Source: Lophium mytilinum
Taxonomy: Eukaryota
Reading direction: 5' to 3'
Assembly: GCA_010093605.1 (NCBI GenBank)
Contig: MU004184.1
Location: forward strand, 1,932,801 to 1,996,800
Length of the DNA: 64,000 nucleotides
Position numbers and translations under genes: made by a program. This document shows, in pieces, positions 35,822 to 50,332 of the stretch. Every line of letters begins with the position of its first letter. Position 1 is the first letter of the stretch. The notes beneath the pieces were generated by a model. That model did not search any database. It was not told the DNA's origin and saw only the letters and a list, made by a program, of their open reading frames with translations.

Positions 35822-38800
35822 TTACTCAGCCTTTGGTCTCCCATTCGCAATCTTCTCCACCTTCTCCACCTCATTGGACGACGTAGTATTGATGAAGAAC
35901 TTCCGCTCGAAGAATTTGAGAACTTCATCAATGATGATGATTGGCGCACTTATTCCCATGACTGCCTGCCATTCCGCCAAATCCAGCGGCACGACGCTGA
36001 ATAAGCCCTGCAAGAATGGGACGTAGAGCAGCGCGAAATGCAGCGCCATGCTGAGGCAGATGGCGTAGACTAGCATCATGTTCTTCCACAGGGGGAGCGT
36101 GAGTAGGGATTCCGAGGACGAAAGTGCGTTCATGGCGTTAAGCATTTCGATAACGACGAGAATGGAGAGGGAGATGGTGGAGGCGGATTTGGCGGTTTCA
36201 TTGACAAAGATTTCGCAGCCAATTTCCGGGAAGGCGGCGCTGCAGCTGTGGAAGTGGGTCTTGGTGTTGTTAGTCCCATTGTCTCTCATAACACGAATCG
36301 AGGGGGAGAAATGGAAGAGCTTACCAATTGCCAGAACGAAATCTGTGGTCCGGCGGAATTGAACATGAAATACCACGCATATCCGAAGACAGTCGCGGCG
36401 CCGACGTAGGTTCCGATAACCATGTACCTGAAGAACAACCAGCCGCTAATGAGTGGCTCGTCTCGCTTTCGTGGCTGCCTTTTCATGATATCGTGGTCCG
36501 CTGGATTGAAAGACAATGCCGTCGCTGGTAGACCATCCGTGACCAAGTTCACCCAAAGAAGCTGAACTGGAATCAACGCCTCTGGCATACCCGCGGCCGC
36601 AGTAAGGAAGATGGAAACAACCTCGCCAATGTTGGACGAGATGAGGTAGCGAATGAACTGTTGGGTGTTGTTGTAGATCGACCTTCCCTCCTCGACGGCA
36701 CTTTGAATCGTAGCGAAGTTGTCGTCTGCGAGAACCATATCGGCTGCAAGCTTGGCTACGTCAGTACCGGATCCCATAGCGACACCGATGTCAGCCTTCT
36801 TCAACGCAGGCGCATCGTTAACACCGTCACCGGTCATGGCAACGACCTCGCCGGCTTGCTGAAGAAGGTCAACCAGCTTGGACTTGTGAGTTGGCTCTGT
36901 ACGCGAAAAGAGAGAAGCCCGCTTCGCAGCTTCCAGCTTCTCCGACTCGCTGAGAGCGTCGAATTGACGGCCAGTGTAACTCTTCCCGGTGAGGTCTTCG
37001 TTCTTGCCAAAGACTCCGATTTGACGACAGATGGTCTCTGCGGTGTTCTGGTTGTCACCAGTAATCACGACAACGCGGATACCAGCAGAACGGCATTTGC
37101 GTATCGAATCCATCACCTCGGGACGAGGAGGATCCAACATACCCACCAGGCCGATGAGGGTCATGTTCTGTTCGAGCTTAGTGTAATCCTTCGTGGTCTT
37201 TGCGTTCTTGAAAAGAGCGTTCGTCCCTGCGTCTTCAACTGCAGCCAGCGCAATGACGCGAAGGCCACGGTTGCCATAGTCGACGATCTCCTTGTTGATG
37301 AGACTTGAAAGTTTGCTATTTAGAGGAACCTTTTTTCCCTGGCTGCCGACTAGGGTGTGGGTACACCTATCGAGGATTGACTCCGGAGCTCCCTTGATCA
37401 AAAGCCTTTGCGTGTTTGGTCCTTCAACTAAGACAGACATGCTCTTCCTGTCTCTTGAAAACTCGTAGGTAGCTAATCTAGGAGATTGGTCCTCGTAATA
37501 TTTGCTGAAGTAATGGAGACGATCGTCAGCGGGGACGCTGGCCCTGGTCGAGTTGATCTTCGGGTGCGGAGTTCCAATTTTTTCAACCAGAACTCGCAGA
37601 GCTCCCTCTGTGGGTTCTCCAACGATGCTATAAGTGCCGTTCTTCGCATCCAAAGATAGTTTAGCGTCATTACACAACGCCGCGACCTCGCTCATTTTCA
37701 TGATAGTGGTAGACGATGCTGCGGGATGTTCAAGAGGCTTGCCCTTGAAGGAGATGCTACCTTCAGGGGCGAAGTTGGTGCCCTCGACGTCGATCTCCTC
37801 TAGTCCAGTACCGGCCTCGTTGATGAAAACAATCTTGTTGACGCTCATTTGGTTCGTGGTCAATGTTCCTGTCTTGTCAGAGCAAATAACACTGCAGCTT
37901 CCCAACGTCTCAACTGAAGGAAGGCTTCGAACAACGGCGTTTTTGGCGGCCATCTTGCGGGTACCTAATGCCAAGCATGTCGTGATAACCACCGCAAGGC
38001 CTTCAGGAATGGCTGCTACACCAAGAGAGACAGCGATCTGGTCATGTCAGCACGATGTTGCAGTGTGATCTAAACTTTGTACCCACCTTGAGATAGTAGA
38101 TAGCACCCTTGGTCCAGCCTCCATGAGAAGGATCGCTGAAATTCTGGATGTTAATGAGCCAAACCAAGATGCAAATAGCCGTAATGACCTTGGCCAACAT
38201 GTCCCCAAAGTCATTCAACTTCTCCTTTAGAGGCGTAGGCTGCGAAATCTGCGAAGTAATGCTCTCATGAATATCACCAATGGCGGTTGAAGCTCCAGTC
38301 AGAACCACGAGCGCAGTAGCATGTCCAGTGACAACGGTCGTTCCCGAGAACAGCATATTGATCTGGTCCTGCTTGACAGCCTTCGCGTCCTTGATCGCTC
38401 TGGTATCTTTTCCTACACTCTCGCTCTCGCCAGTGAGGATAGACTGGTCCACACTGAAGTTGTTGCTCTGCACAGAGAGAAGCCTGCAGTCCGCCGGGAT
38501 CCTGTCTCCCACCGCAATCGAGATCACGTCTCCGGGCACTAGTTCATCTGCCTTGATCCGCTTGACGGCTCCATCGCGAATGACTTTGGCTTCGTTGGCG
38601 GAGTATTCTTGTAGAGCGGCAATGGCCTTTTCCGCGCTAGTTTCTTGCGAGACGCCGACCACGGCGTTCAATATGAGGATAGTAAGAATCTAAGATATCA
38701 CAAATGTTAGAAAGACCAACAAAAAGCACCTGAATGGGGAAAGCGAGTGACGTACCACGGCGGGGTCTACAAACGCAGTCCACCCTTCACCATCCTCAAA

Positions 38801-39085
38801 CAAAGCTAACAAAAACGACACTCCCGCCGATCCCAGCAGAATGATCACAAGCTGGTCCTTGAATTGCTCGAGTATAAGTTCCCAGATCGGCGTCGGAGGG
38901 TCTTCAGGTAGAGCTGCGCATATTTGTTATTCAAAGTTGCTTCAGAAAAGCTAGGGTGGGGTGGTACCATTCCGTCCATACTTCGCCCGCGAGCTCTCCA
39001 CGCGCTGTGCTGGCAGACCGGCCGCTTCTGAGACTTGGAACTGGGCTAGAGCATCCTTAGTAGACCGTATATACGCGTTCTCCAT
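35822..39085 (-). CDS. SERCA-type P2A Ca2+-transporting ATPase (multi-exon)
   Basis: [41 protein letters not shown], '[20 protein letters not shown]'. Confidence 0.96.
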
Positions 39086-40108
39086 TTTTGCGCGAGGACT
39101 ATCGTCGCTATGTGGCGCGGCGCAAAAGTGGCTGTTGTTAGGTACTCGAGGCCCGCTGCTTGTAAAGTGGAGGCGCAAAGGATTGACAGTGTTTTAGGGT
39201 CCACGAGTGGAAAGAAGAGTCGAGGCAGTTAAGGAGTCCTAAATGACAGACTGGGTCGGCATAGAAGCAGTGTGGTGAAAGAAACGTCGCCCCCGCGGTC
39301 TCCAAGGCGAAATCTATAATCTGTCCTTTCTCGAAGACGCTTAAAGTTAGCACTGGAGGGTTATTATCGGGCTCCGCCCCAGGCACACTTTGCCACGACG
39401 CCACGTGCCCACACCCTTGCCGATATTCTTAGATCCCGTGTCAAGCTCCCTTGGATAAATGGTGGCAGTCCACAATCTGTGTTTTTGATATAAGCTAGAG
39501 GTATACACTCGTTCTGTGCAAGATTGCGTCGCACCGCTTGAGGTCCTCTGGTACGTTACTAAAGACGGGAGAAGCCAGTTTTAGCAGGCCTAATAACTCT
39601 CCGAACCACCTCACACGGTGTCAGACTGTCACGTTATGTTCAACGCAACCATCCTATGCGATGCGGGGAGTCTCAATGAATGTAATATTTCCGAATTGCA
39701 ACGTCACTCTTCAGTGGTAACAAAGCCTGTCAAATATAGCGTAGATCTTCATTCACCTCTCCTCGTCTGTATAAAGCGGTATGCGATGTCTAGCCTTTGT
39801 ATCCGGATCACCTATATCCTATATTGCTAAGGTCGACGTTCATCAAAACTGCCCCGCCTGCTATCAACGAGCCCTAAGAACCCCATTATATAGCCATGCG
39901 CCGCTAAATCTGCCCTCGCTATGCAACGTTCAACAGCCAAAGCCGGGCTGGAATGCAAATATGGACACGAAAAAATATGAGAAAAGGGTATCAAGGGAAC
40001 ACCTGCACACCGTGTAGCAAGGATCGCCCATGCTATGCTATCAGTAAGTACCACCAGACTCAGTTCACCAATCCATCTCTTGCCGTATCAAATGTCTGCG
40101 AAGTAGAA

Positions 40109-42940
40109 CTACACTGCGCTTGGCTGCGCGAATACCGACGATATGGCCGGCAGAGGCTTCTCCGCTGGGAGGGTTGAACCGGTGTCCATGTGCGGAAACA
40201 GCCGTCGATGTGCGCAGTATTTGGTAATCAGCTTCTCTAGATCGAGTATCATGAAAGGCTTCGATAAGGAGCCTTTCATCCCGACTTTTGCGGCCCGGTC
40301 GAGCGCACTGTGTGTGGCATCTGCGGTTACTGCAAGAATGATTGGATGCTTGCCCATTCGGAATATCTCCTCCGCTGCCTGATATCCGTCCATTAAGGGC
40401 ATCCACAAATCCATCAGGATGACATCGATTTCTTTGCCATGCTGTCGTTCAATCTTCATTTGATTTACGGCATCATGGCCATCATACGCCTGGGCGATGT
40501 CTTTATATCCCAGCTTCTTGAGCATCGCAACAAGGAGGTTGCGGTTGATTCTATTGTCTTCGACAACGAGGAAATTTAGGGGGTACCTGTCGCAAAGATT
40601 CCTGTCAAAAGAGGTTGCTGACCTCGATATCCCTTTGTGCGCAGCCGGATTGCCGTGCATATTGCGCGAGCGAGGTGTATCCGTTTGTAGAGGCGGCGAT
40701 GGTATGTGGAGATGATGTAGCGGTCCCACAATCTTCGGAGTAGAAGGCATACTCTCCAAGTTCATCTTCTCGGAAGTCCTTGGCGGTGTTGGTGGACGCA
40801 AGGAATCTAGTTCAGCTACGCCTAAATCCACAGAAGCTCGCGACCGCGTCGTCGGCGAGCCGCTTGGCGTCCCTGGCCGGCTGCAGATTTCACCAGGTCG
40901 TAGGGGAACCCGCATTTCAAACTCGGAGCCTTTCGCCGGGCCAGAAACATCTGACCGGAGGCAATACAAGTCACCGCCAAGCTTACGGGCTAAGCCCTTG
41001 GCGACCATCAAACCAAGACCGAGTCCTTCCGTTTGTCGACTTAAAGAAACATCTTCACGAGAGAAGGGTTTGAAAAGGTAGGGCAAAAATGCAGGGGGTA
41101 TGCCAGGACCAGTGTCTTGGACAGTTATCACGATATATCGGGAGTTCTGGCTGAGCTTTGCTCTAAGAGTTATCGTTCCAACGTCAGTAAACTTGACGGC
41201 ATTTAAGACAATACAGGATATTGTTTTCGCCAAGTCCTTTTCGTCAACTGCAATTGGATTAGCTCCCTCTCACCAATCGTCAATGGAGCGGAACTTACTG
41301 AGGATAGTGTCTGGCACATCACCGTCTACCAGCCACTGGATGTTCTTCACGTTTTCCAAACCACTTGGGCTTTTCGTTTTGACCTCAATGATAGCACCAC
41401 CCTCTATTTCTTGGGAAGTTGCAGATTCAGGGCGTCCTCCAACTTTCAAAGAGTCGTTGATGACATACTGGATAACCTCACGCAGATCGGTATACCGTAG
41501 ACCGGGAACAACGGCATCCTCGGCGGTGAAAACGCGAGATGTTGGAGATGCCTCGCGGTCGAATGAAGGAGCGGGCGTAACTTGGGCCATTGAAGCGTCA
41601 GCGGACGAATTGAGTGAAAGGCCCGAATCTATTTTTCTATCAGGGGAAGTTCTCGAAGTCGTCGATGTAGTCGCCAGGAATTTCGGCACGGAACCCGCAG
41701 ACCAAGCTAACGACTCTCTCCTCCTTTTCATGTTTCGCATAGGACTCGGTAAGAGGTATCCATTAGTCGTCAACAAGCCCTCGGGCGTGTTTGCTGCATG
41801 GTTCAAGGCGTCTAAGACCCGGGACGCCTGATCGTTATCGAGCGCAGAAAGAGGAGTTTCTGGGATTCCCATGTTCATGTCGTACGCATGTACCACGTTG
41901 TCCGCTGCTACTACGGCACGCCGGGAGCTGTCTATTCACGATATCAGTTGGTGATTGATTAGTCAGGCGGTTCGGTTCTTACCTTGAACCGCTTCGATGT
42001 TCTCCTTCAGCTCCTCTAGCATCTGTCGAATCTGCTTCGTGTCGTCCAATGGACGGTCGGTAACGGTGGCATGCATAACGTCTAGCATGCCTACAACACC
42101 TTGCATTGGGGTCCTCAGCTCATGGGACAGACTTCGGGCGTAAGGTTTGAGTGATTGAGCGATGGTAATGGCTTCGTGGGGCAAGACTCGGGGCGTGGGA
42201 GCCTCGGCGGTTTCGCTGGGCGGTGATGGAGGAGGCCTGGCAAAGCTGTCTCTTTGCAACACGCGGTCCAGAATAATGTCTTCGAGGCTGTGGAAGAGCA
42301 TCTCCAAGTAACCCCAGCCCAGCGTCCGATTGGCAGCGCCTTCTGGAGACCACATGACACCAAAATGGGCAAAGCACTTTCCATCGGCGAACAGTGGGAT
42401 TCCCATGTAGGCCTCGCCGGCCACCTTGAGGTCATTCGGGTTGTCGACAATGAACTCGTTCAATTTTTCCGGGATGATGAAGACCTTGTCGTGGCGCATG
42501 TAGGCGCACGGACACGAGTAGGCGTGATACTTGAAGTCTTTCAGGTGCGTCTTGAATCCGTGGCCATCGTTGATATAAAATGCAGCTCCCATCAGACAGG
42601 CGCCCGGCTCCCCGATGGGCGGCATCTCCACGGCGCTGTGCATGTCGTCGGCCAGAATGCGCTTCGAGACAAAGCCATATTGGGCGTTGGTGATGTCGGC
42701 GAGGCCCTCAGTTAGGAGCGGCCAGAACTCGTCCGTCGTCGCTTTCCTGAGGCTGGTCTTGAGCTTCACGAGCTGCTCCAGGGCGTTGCTCTCGGCGGGT
42801 GCATAGAGGCGGCGCAAGCCTTCGGTGAAGCCATCCTGGTGGCTATGCTTCACCATCCCGGGCTCAGCGAGAGAAAAGCACAACGATGTTCGCTCGACAA
42901 AGTCCCGGGGCTCATTGCTGGCGATGACCCTTCCCCTCAT
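40109..42940 (-). CDS. Hybrid sensor histidine kinase (GAF-like, HisKA, HATPase, receiver); introns 41982-41932, 41298-41248
   Basis: H-box SHELRTPMQGVVGML, N-box NAVKFT, DTGPGI, GLGLGL, receiver VEDN...MDLWMP...SKPF. Confidence 0.93.
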
Positions 42941-45900
42941 CGTCGTCCTCCAGGGCTTGGGGGTGATTAGAGGACTCCAGGGTGGTGGTGAGCTAGCGCG
43001 GTGGCCTGATGAGTGGTGCAGGACGTGAGAGGGCAGCGCTGAAGATCACGGCCGAAAGTAGCGCGGCTGCCAGGTAGCACGGAAAAGGCAGAGGGTGACA
43101 AAGCTGGTCCAGCGGTCGCTTGAGGTGGTCGGGGGTGCGCTGCGCCTTTGTGGTGTTGGGCGGAGGGGTGGGATATTGGTATAGGCAGAACGAGTGGTCG
43201 AGCAGCAGCAAGAGCTTCAGCAGTGCATGGAGGTGGGGGGCCGGCAGAGGGGGCGCTCCAGCAAAGAATGAAAGTCGTGGCACGCTGCAACTCCTGTCCG
43301 GCCAAGGGGCCCTCAGGGAGCCCAGAGACGACTGTGGTGGTGAGTCTAGAAGGGCCGCTTGGAGGCCACAAACTCACAATCGGACCCGGCAGGCTGGGAA
43401 CAAAATGCAAGCTCGCGACGCGCTCCGTCAGCGTCCAGCGAAGGCGTCGCGCTGGGGGCTCAAGCAGCACGCGCAAAGGCCAAAAAGGAGGCTGTCGGCC
43501 GGAAGCAAGCAGGCGACGAGACGTGACTACGCTACGCCGTGACTGCGAGCACCACCATATGCTGTCTGGCGGGGGTCGTGGGCGCAAACCTCGAGGGCTG
43601 AGGTCAAGGCTGCCCTGCTGCTCCAACGCGATGCGCAAATCTCAAAGGCGCAGGGATGGCGGGCGATGGGCGCGTCTGGCCGCGCGATGGAACCTGGATG
43701 AGCGGCCTCCATGCCCGAAGGAGCCCAAGGACAACGGCGACAGGCGGCAGCGTCATGCTATGCTCCGCCTGCATAAATGCGCTCGCGGGCGCTGCTATGG
43801 CCGCCTCCGCGATATTTTTTCACGCTGGAGAAATGTCTAATCGGCTTTTATCTTGGGCGGGATCGGGTCCCTGGACCGCCATCTCGGTCGGCGTCCAAGA
43901 CTCGAGGTCGTCCACAACCCTGAAGCGTACTGCGAACCGTGGGCCAAGAAGAAACCCGCGATTTGGCCCGGCGCTAGCGTCGGCTCAGATTCCAAACGCC
44001 TCCCGAACCGTGGAGTGCGCAAAAAGAAGGGTCAGCGGGCTTGCGGTGAGCTCGGAGGCGGTGACACTGCCGCGTAGCCGTCGCCGTCTTGGCCTACGTA
44101 GATGGCGGCTCGACCTGCAGCGTGCCCCGGTGAGCATTCGGTGCAGGGCTATCGGTGAGAGCGGGGGGTTGTTGCCCGTGCGGGATTCTTTCTCATGCAC
44201 GCCTCAGTGCATATGTCGCCAGCTGGAGCCGAGTGAGTTGACCGAGAAGAGAGTGTGCTGCGGCATCCGATCTTGTCACCGCCATGCAGCGCGACGACGT
44301 CAAACCCGCTGCCTGCGGGCGAGTGCACAGTTACTGTATGCTCAACGGCCCGTATCGATGCATGGTGACGTGCTAGGCCTTCCGGGGTCGCACAAGATCT
44401 GGCTGCCTCTATCAATCTGATTAGACCTCGACTTTCCCGCATCTTGACTCTTTAGCCGCAGCACCATTTGCCGCGTTCTCGTCGGAGAGACCTCCGGCGC
44501 CGGTCCATGTTTATATGTAACATATGCAGGGCGCATATTCCCGCCAATTGGCGCTGATATTCGGCCATTTTTTATCTCTGGACGGGCCGCTTTGTCTCAT
44601 GATGTTTGTGCGAGCACAGGCCAAAGAGCTGGCGGCATTCCAGAACCAAGGCCACCCTCAAGTAGAACTTCATTGGCCACACGGCGCCGTCTTCTCGAAG
44701 TAACGTTACAATATTGGGGCTCTGTGGCTGGCACGCTTGAAGTAGTGTAGCCAGCACCGATCGCTTCACTTTTGCCTTGTTCCTGGCCGGGTGCCTCTAT
44801 GCAGGTAGGCTTCCCTGAGGCAGATCGATGATCAGTGCTTCTTGGGGCATTTCGCAATCCCATCCCGTCCATCTGATAATGGACTCGACATGTCCTTTGC
44901 CGATCGACATCTCTATCTTCACGTCAGCTTCAAGAATCACACGATGCTGAATATTGAAGTTGCAATAGAGATGGCCCACCAGGCCGGCAACCTCTTGCTG
45001 ACAGCACCACAGAAAACCGCTACCTGGGAGCAAACCCATGGTTGGTAACAGCATCGACGTCCTTGCCAACCACAGATGCTGCTGCATGTCTGTGCTGCTA
45101 TCTCATCACTATGTACCAAGCCCAAGCAGGAGTCCACTTCGGTATGCCGACCATGGCTCGGGTGTCAGCCCATCACCGAATCCCCGAAGGCCATCACGCC
45201 TAGACCGCTCTATAGGGTCCACGGCTTCCTTGGCCGCTAGAGCTTAGCAGGAATTAAGCCCCCACTGCACACCCTAAAACTGCAGACTGACGTCTCCACC
45301 CTACCTTGAAGAAGTTTAAACGATCTACTCGCGTGCCAACGGGAGCTCGAGACGATATGCCTCCGGGGATCGCTGGAAGATGTTTACAGACGCACGGATC
45401 ACCAAAAGGAGCCGCCAACGCTTGGCTCTCGCCCTCAATACGGGGGGAGACTCATCTCGTACCGGAAGCCAGCAGCCGTACCCAGCAGTTTCAAAACCCG
45501 GGGCAGCGGCTCATCCAATGCCACCTCGCGGAAGAGCAATCTGCTCAACACCATCGTCAGCTTCACGAATGCGCTTTTCCCGCACGCCATCTCAGACACT
45601 GACAAGCTTGGAAGTGCCAGCGTGCAGATACCGAACAGCAATTCCGCCTCGGTAACTTTTCTCATTCCCAACGCCCGGTCTGGACCTCGTGGGAAGAGCA
45701 CCTCGGACCCCATCCAAAGGCCCGATTGGTGTGGTGGCTTTCCAAGATTTCTAGGAACATGCGCTGCACCTGACCTACGGAGTAGCCCCCGAGATCCGAC
45801 CACGTTGACCGCAACTCTACTTCAACGTCTCGGTATTTCATAGGCTTGGAGGGACAACGCCCTGGGCCTAAATCGTGGTTTAGATTTGCGCCTGGTTGAA

Positions 45901-46786
45901 GTTAATTTTGATTCATGCCTGCCGAATAAAGCAAGTATCCTATAACAAGCTCTCAGTTCCAAAGCTGCGGAATCGAAGAGAATCTTGCCTTGTTTATCGG
46001 AGGCTGCAGCATTGAAAGACTCCAAAGGCGAGGTGAGACAGGTTACGAGTGTGTGCGCCTTTAGTCCGATAGCACAAGACTAGTGGATCGCCGCTATCTG
46101 AATTTCCTTTTTTACTAAATTTCCTAATTGAGTGACTGACTAACTCTTGGCGACTGAAAGCGTCGAGTCTAAAATGCATTCAAGCTTCTTGTTAGCAACG
46201 TCGTAGATCACCTGCTCAAACTAGACAGCCTGCGAGCTAGACGTCCTCGAGCTCCTGCGTGCCCAAAGCACCCCTAAATGTCCTAGTACTGAACGTACTT
46301 CGGCATTTGGAAAGGCACCCGTGCGTGGTCATCGAACAACTCCAACTCAGCTTGCGGACCCACCCCTATGTCAAAGGGGCGGAAAGATATCATTTCCAGA
46401 ACCTCATGCGGTATTCCCCTGAAAGCGAAGCATCCAATCCCAGTTTCCTTCCCATAGTATGACTTGTGGTTGCTCGGTTATGTGCGAAAATGTGATCGGA
46501 GCCTCAAACGCAACAAATCCAGTTCCTCTCAACTCAATACTCGAGGTCTTTCTTAGCGCGGCCCAACTTGATTCCCACCCTTCAAACATGACCTAGCGCT
46601 TCTAACGTCCACTGACGTTCTGTGGTGTCTCGCGATGACCTCGATGTCAGACATCAAGCTCCTATCCGCAAATGCACCGCTGTACCCTGATCACGTGATC
46701 TCTACCCAAATACCCCCAAAACCCACACCTGTATCTCATTCCCTATCTCTTTAGATACCCACATCTTGTGGCCTTGTAACAGAGCA

Positions 46787-48263
46787 TCAACCCGAGCCTT
46801 CCCGTGATAAGAACTCCTCCAGCTTCTCCTTTGCGGTCTTTTTTCCCTTTGCATCTTTAACCGTCTTCTCGAAACCGTCTTCTGCCATCTTTTGGTACTT
46901 CAAGCCCCTCTTCTTTGTGGTTGACTGCGCAGGAGCAACGAATAGTTTCATATCCCACCCTGATGTAGTTTTCCCAGCGGCATTACGCTGTACCGCAAGG
47001 TCGGGACCTAGTTCTGATAAGATAGTAGCTTCGTCCACTTTCCACGTCTCTTTCTGCCTTCTCTTCAAATCTGCGAGTATTTCCTTCGCTAGTACCAACT
47101 CTTTCACGACATCGGCTTCTGGCATGCGCGACAGCTTTACTTCGGTAATCATTCCAAGCTTCTTTTGAAGGGCTTTGACCTCCGTTTTAGTATCACTAAG
47201 GACCTCGGCAATCTGAAACATCCGGACAATAATCTTCTTCACCTTATGGATTTTGTCGCGGTTGCGAATACCGTTGCGTATCCAGGAGAGAATGGTTCTC
47301 GTCAGGCTCTGCAATGCGAACAAGTGAAAACTCAACGGCAATACTCGCGACAGATATATTGCAAATTGGGGGTTTCGGGCTGCTTCATATTCGAGACGGC
47401 GGAACGTGGCAATATCAACAAGATTGTTGAGTCTTGAGAGTTCTCTAATGAACTGGGCCTTCTCCCTTTCAGTGCTCCAATAATGCCATTCCATACGAGA
47501 GCTGGTGCCGCTAGACTTCAGCGTAGACATCATCGACCCCGTTCGGACTTCAATCTGCTGGATTTTTGCCCCAACGGCAATCAGTCTCTCCTCAAACTGT
47601 GATGAGGCTTGATATCTGCAGATCTCTAGCAGATGAAGAAGCGGTTGTGAATTCTGCAGCTTTGATATCATGAAGAGGATAGCGAGGGGTCTTTGGAATT
47701 GCAAAATTTTCAGATTCACGTCGTGCAATTGGCTGCTGGCCTCAGAAAGCACTCTCCAGGGGCATTGTCGAAGGATGGAACGAATAGCAGATGATGTGAA
47801 TCTCGAGCCACCAAACCATTGGTGGCATAGCGAGCTCACTTGCACACGAGATTGCAGCCAAACCATCTCAGAGCCTAGCAAAAGCCTCTCATCAATTGCG
47901 GTCTCGTCAGTTGAGATGTTGCGTAGCCGGCCATCTAGATCCTTCGTTTCTTTCAGAACGCCTTCAATCCACTTTCTCGTGTTGGCAGCTTGTGGGACCA
48001 TCTTCTCGAGGTCCCAAGACTTCCCATCCCAGGTGTCCCTTCGTTACGTTAAAATTTCGTCAAAATCTTGACCGGGGGTCTATTTACCAGGAGATATCTA
48101 GAACTATTTTTCTCTTTGGACGACGCCCATCGAAAGTTTTGGATAAGGCCGACGTCGCTTGTGTGTCTGATTTCCGTCGCGTTTGGCTAAGAGCTAGGGA
48201 CGACAGGCATGCTTTCTGACCCTGCGACCGTCCGATCGATCGTGACCACAGTTGTCGCAGCAT
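46787..48263 (-). CDS. Hypothetical protein with probable mitochondrial presequence (intron 48087-48039)
   Basis: 404-aa ORF extended in frame by an upstream exon MLRQLWSRSIGRSQGQKACLSSLALSQTRRK; GTAAAT...AAG intron. Confidence 0.65.
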
Positions 48264-48713
48264 TTCACACTACGGTATCTAGCGTGCCCGCCTTCTTCAG
48301 GTGGAGTAATTCTATCGGCCCGAAAATCAAAAATGGGACTTGCGCTTCTCAAAAAGCAAGGCGGAAATCGCAAGGCAGGGGTGGTTCAAGGACGACTCGA
48401 ACGAGCATGCTGCACCACTGATGGTGGAAATCGTAAATTATGAAAAGTAAACCGCATGTACACAATCAATGAGTGTCGTAAGACCTAGGTAGATGGGTGA
48501 TGCGTAGACTTTGTGTGTGGAATTTGTGCCTGGTAGAGAGGATGTTGTGCACCCTTGGCGTATTGGCAGATGTCCGAGGTATTCTGTTTATTCTGCACAA
48601 AGTAATTGGGTCGAGTCTTGACAGTCATGTAAGGGCCCACGGTGACGACAGTTGAACTCACTTTGAGAAGTAGTATGCCAGATGATTGTCATCAAGATAA
48701 GATATGAACGGTC

Positions 48714-49556
48714 TCATCCGATTTTACATTGCCGCCGGATCAATGCGATAATATCGTCAAATTCCTCGGGCTCCTTGACCCAGTGACCTTCTCTCTCAGC
48801 TCCAACGTAATCCTTCCACTCAACTTGTGTACCAACAGCCTGAAGAATATGTCGCACCGCATGTCCATGCTTGAGCTTAATCCGTTCGTCATCTATGCCG
48901 TGTCCGAGGAAAGCTGGAGTGTCGTGCATAGCTTGAATGATCGCTTCTTTTGACGAAGGACCATCAATCCCAAGCGTCAGCAGCAGTGTGTCCATCAACT
49001 CCCGGGCATTCTTGACCGTATCAGCGCACCTAGATTCGACGTTCCTGATTGGATCGGCATCTTTTGGTAGAGGAAGCCAAGTGCCCAGTCCAACAAATGC
49101 GCCCAGTCTCCCTCGAGCTGTCGCCGAGCCGGTCAGAAAGGTCCACAGTGCTGTCGCGCTTCCTTGACTAAACCCCCCAAGCACTACGCGCTCCGAGTTT
49201 CCGCCTAGACTTTCGACCTCTGACTCGATCACGCTTTTCAAGTAGAGCATACATTCCTTGAGCCCGGGTACTTGAAGGTCGCCTCTCTCGTTTATGTTAT
49301 CCAACGAAGACACGTCGAACCATGCTGAGGTAGACTCCACGGAGGCCGAGCACCATCTCTTGCCAGCGTCTGGAAAGACCCAGCGGAAAGTCGGTAGTGC
49401 AGACGCTAGAGTTTGGCGGGGGTTGGAGGTCTTGTGGGAGAACAGATCGGTTGCAAATTGGCCAGCCGTACTACCCAGACCATGAAGTAGGATGATTGTG
49501 TGAGTATGTGAGTGATCTGGCTGAGGGTTGACAATGTGTAGTGGTGGGAATGACAT
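48714..49556 (-). CDS. Phospholipase/carboxylesterase (acyl-protein thioesterase-like alpha/beta hydrolase)
   Basis: ILLHGLG, WVFPDA, AWFD, nucleophile GGFSQG, FLGHGIDD, GHW. Confidence 0.9.
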   Translation of the reverse strand: MSFPPLHIVNPQPDHSHTHTIILLHGLGSTAGQFATDLFSHKTSNPRQTLASALPTFRWVFPDAGKRWCSASVESTSAWFDVSSLDNINERGDLQVPGLKECMLYLKSVIESEVESLGGNSERVVLGGFSQGSATALWTFLTGSATARGRLGAFVGLGTWLPLPKDADPIRNVESRCADTVKNARELMDTLLLTLGIDGPSSKEAIIQAMHDTPAFLGHGIDDERIKLKHGHAVRHILQAVGTQVEWKDYVGAEREGHWVKEPEEFDDIIALIRRQCKIG

Positions 49557-50332
49557 CTTAGAAGAAATGCTGTTTCTGGAAAACGCATTGGGGATTTTGA
49601 ACTTCATTAGAGAAAATGCGAATGGCAGCCACTTGGTATTTAAGGAGAGGTAACGCGCCCTATGATCAACATCTAGGCAGAGACTCAATCGCAATCTCTG
49701 CTATAGGTGGAACTACGAACACGATACGAGGCGCATTCGTATTCTTATCAGCCTAGAGAGACTTCTGAATGACTTACATGAAGTGTCTCTAGCAGGTATG
49801 GACGGAGTTCTTCCCCTTTGGACCGATCCACAGCTTCACAACGAGAGTAGAGTTTAGTCGACCTCGATTCCGAGAGTTTTCCCCTGACTGTCACGTGGAC
49901 TGCTTAGTGCGTAGTGCACGGATCATTATGTTAGCGCCTTGGCAAGCTTAGCGAGGTCCGTCCGCCTGCATAACAAACACCACGCCCTCGTCTTTCTCAC
50001 GCGTCCAGCCACAAGCACCGCAACACGACGCGGTCACTGGGTTTGGCTTCGGGGCGTCGACCTTGCTAACTAACACTGACGACTAACGCTATTGAGGGCC
50101 GCTGAAAAGCTCGATAGATCTTCGCCAGCGCGCTCGATATTCCGGCTCGCGCTTTGAGATTCTTCCAGGTATGCGAGACAACGAAGAATCAACGCTTGCC
50201 TCATCTCGATCCATCGTACTTTCACAATCTTGCTAACTAAAGAATGACAACCAAGCAGCAACTCACTTTTTCATCCTTCTTAGCTTCCGTTCATCCTTCC
50301 TTTCATTTCGCTGCCATCGAAAGTTTGGAAAA

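Noticed and set aside
43006..43057. Second CTGATGA...GAAA hammerhead-like core
   Set aside because: Bases next to the boxes do not pair into stem II; no matching stems I and III
42967..44420. Overlapping 220-250 aa ORFs upstream of the kinase
   Set aside because: Same GC-driven stop-codon scarcity; no domain or splice logic
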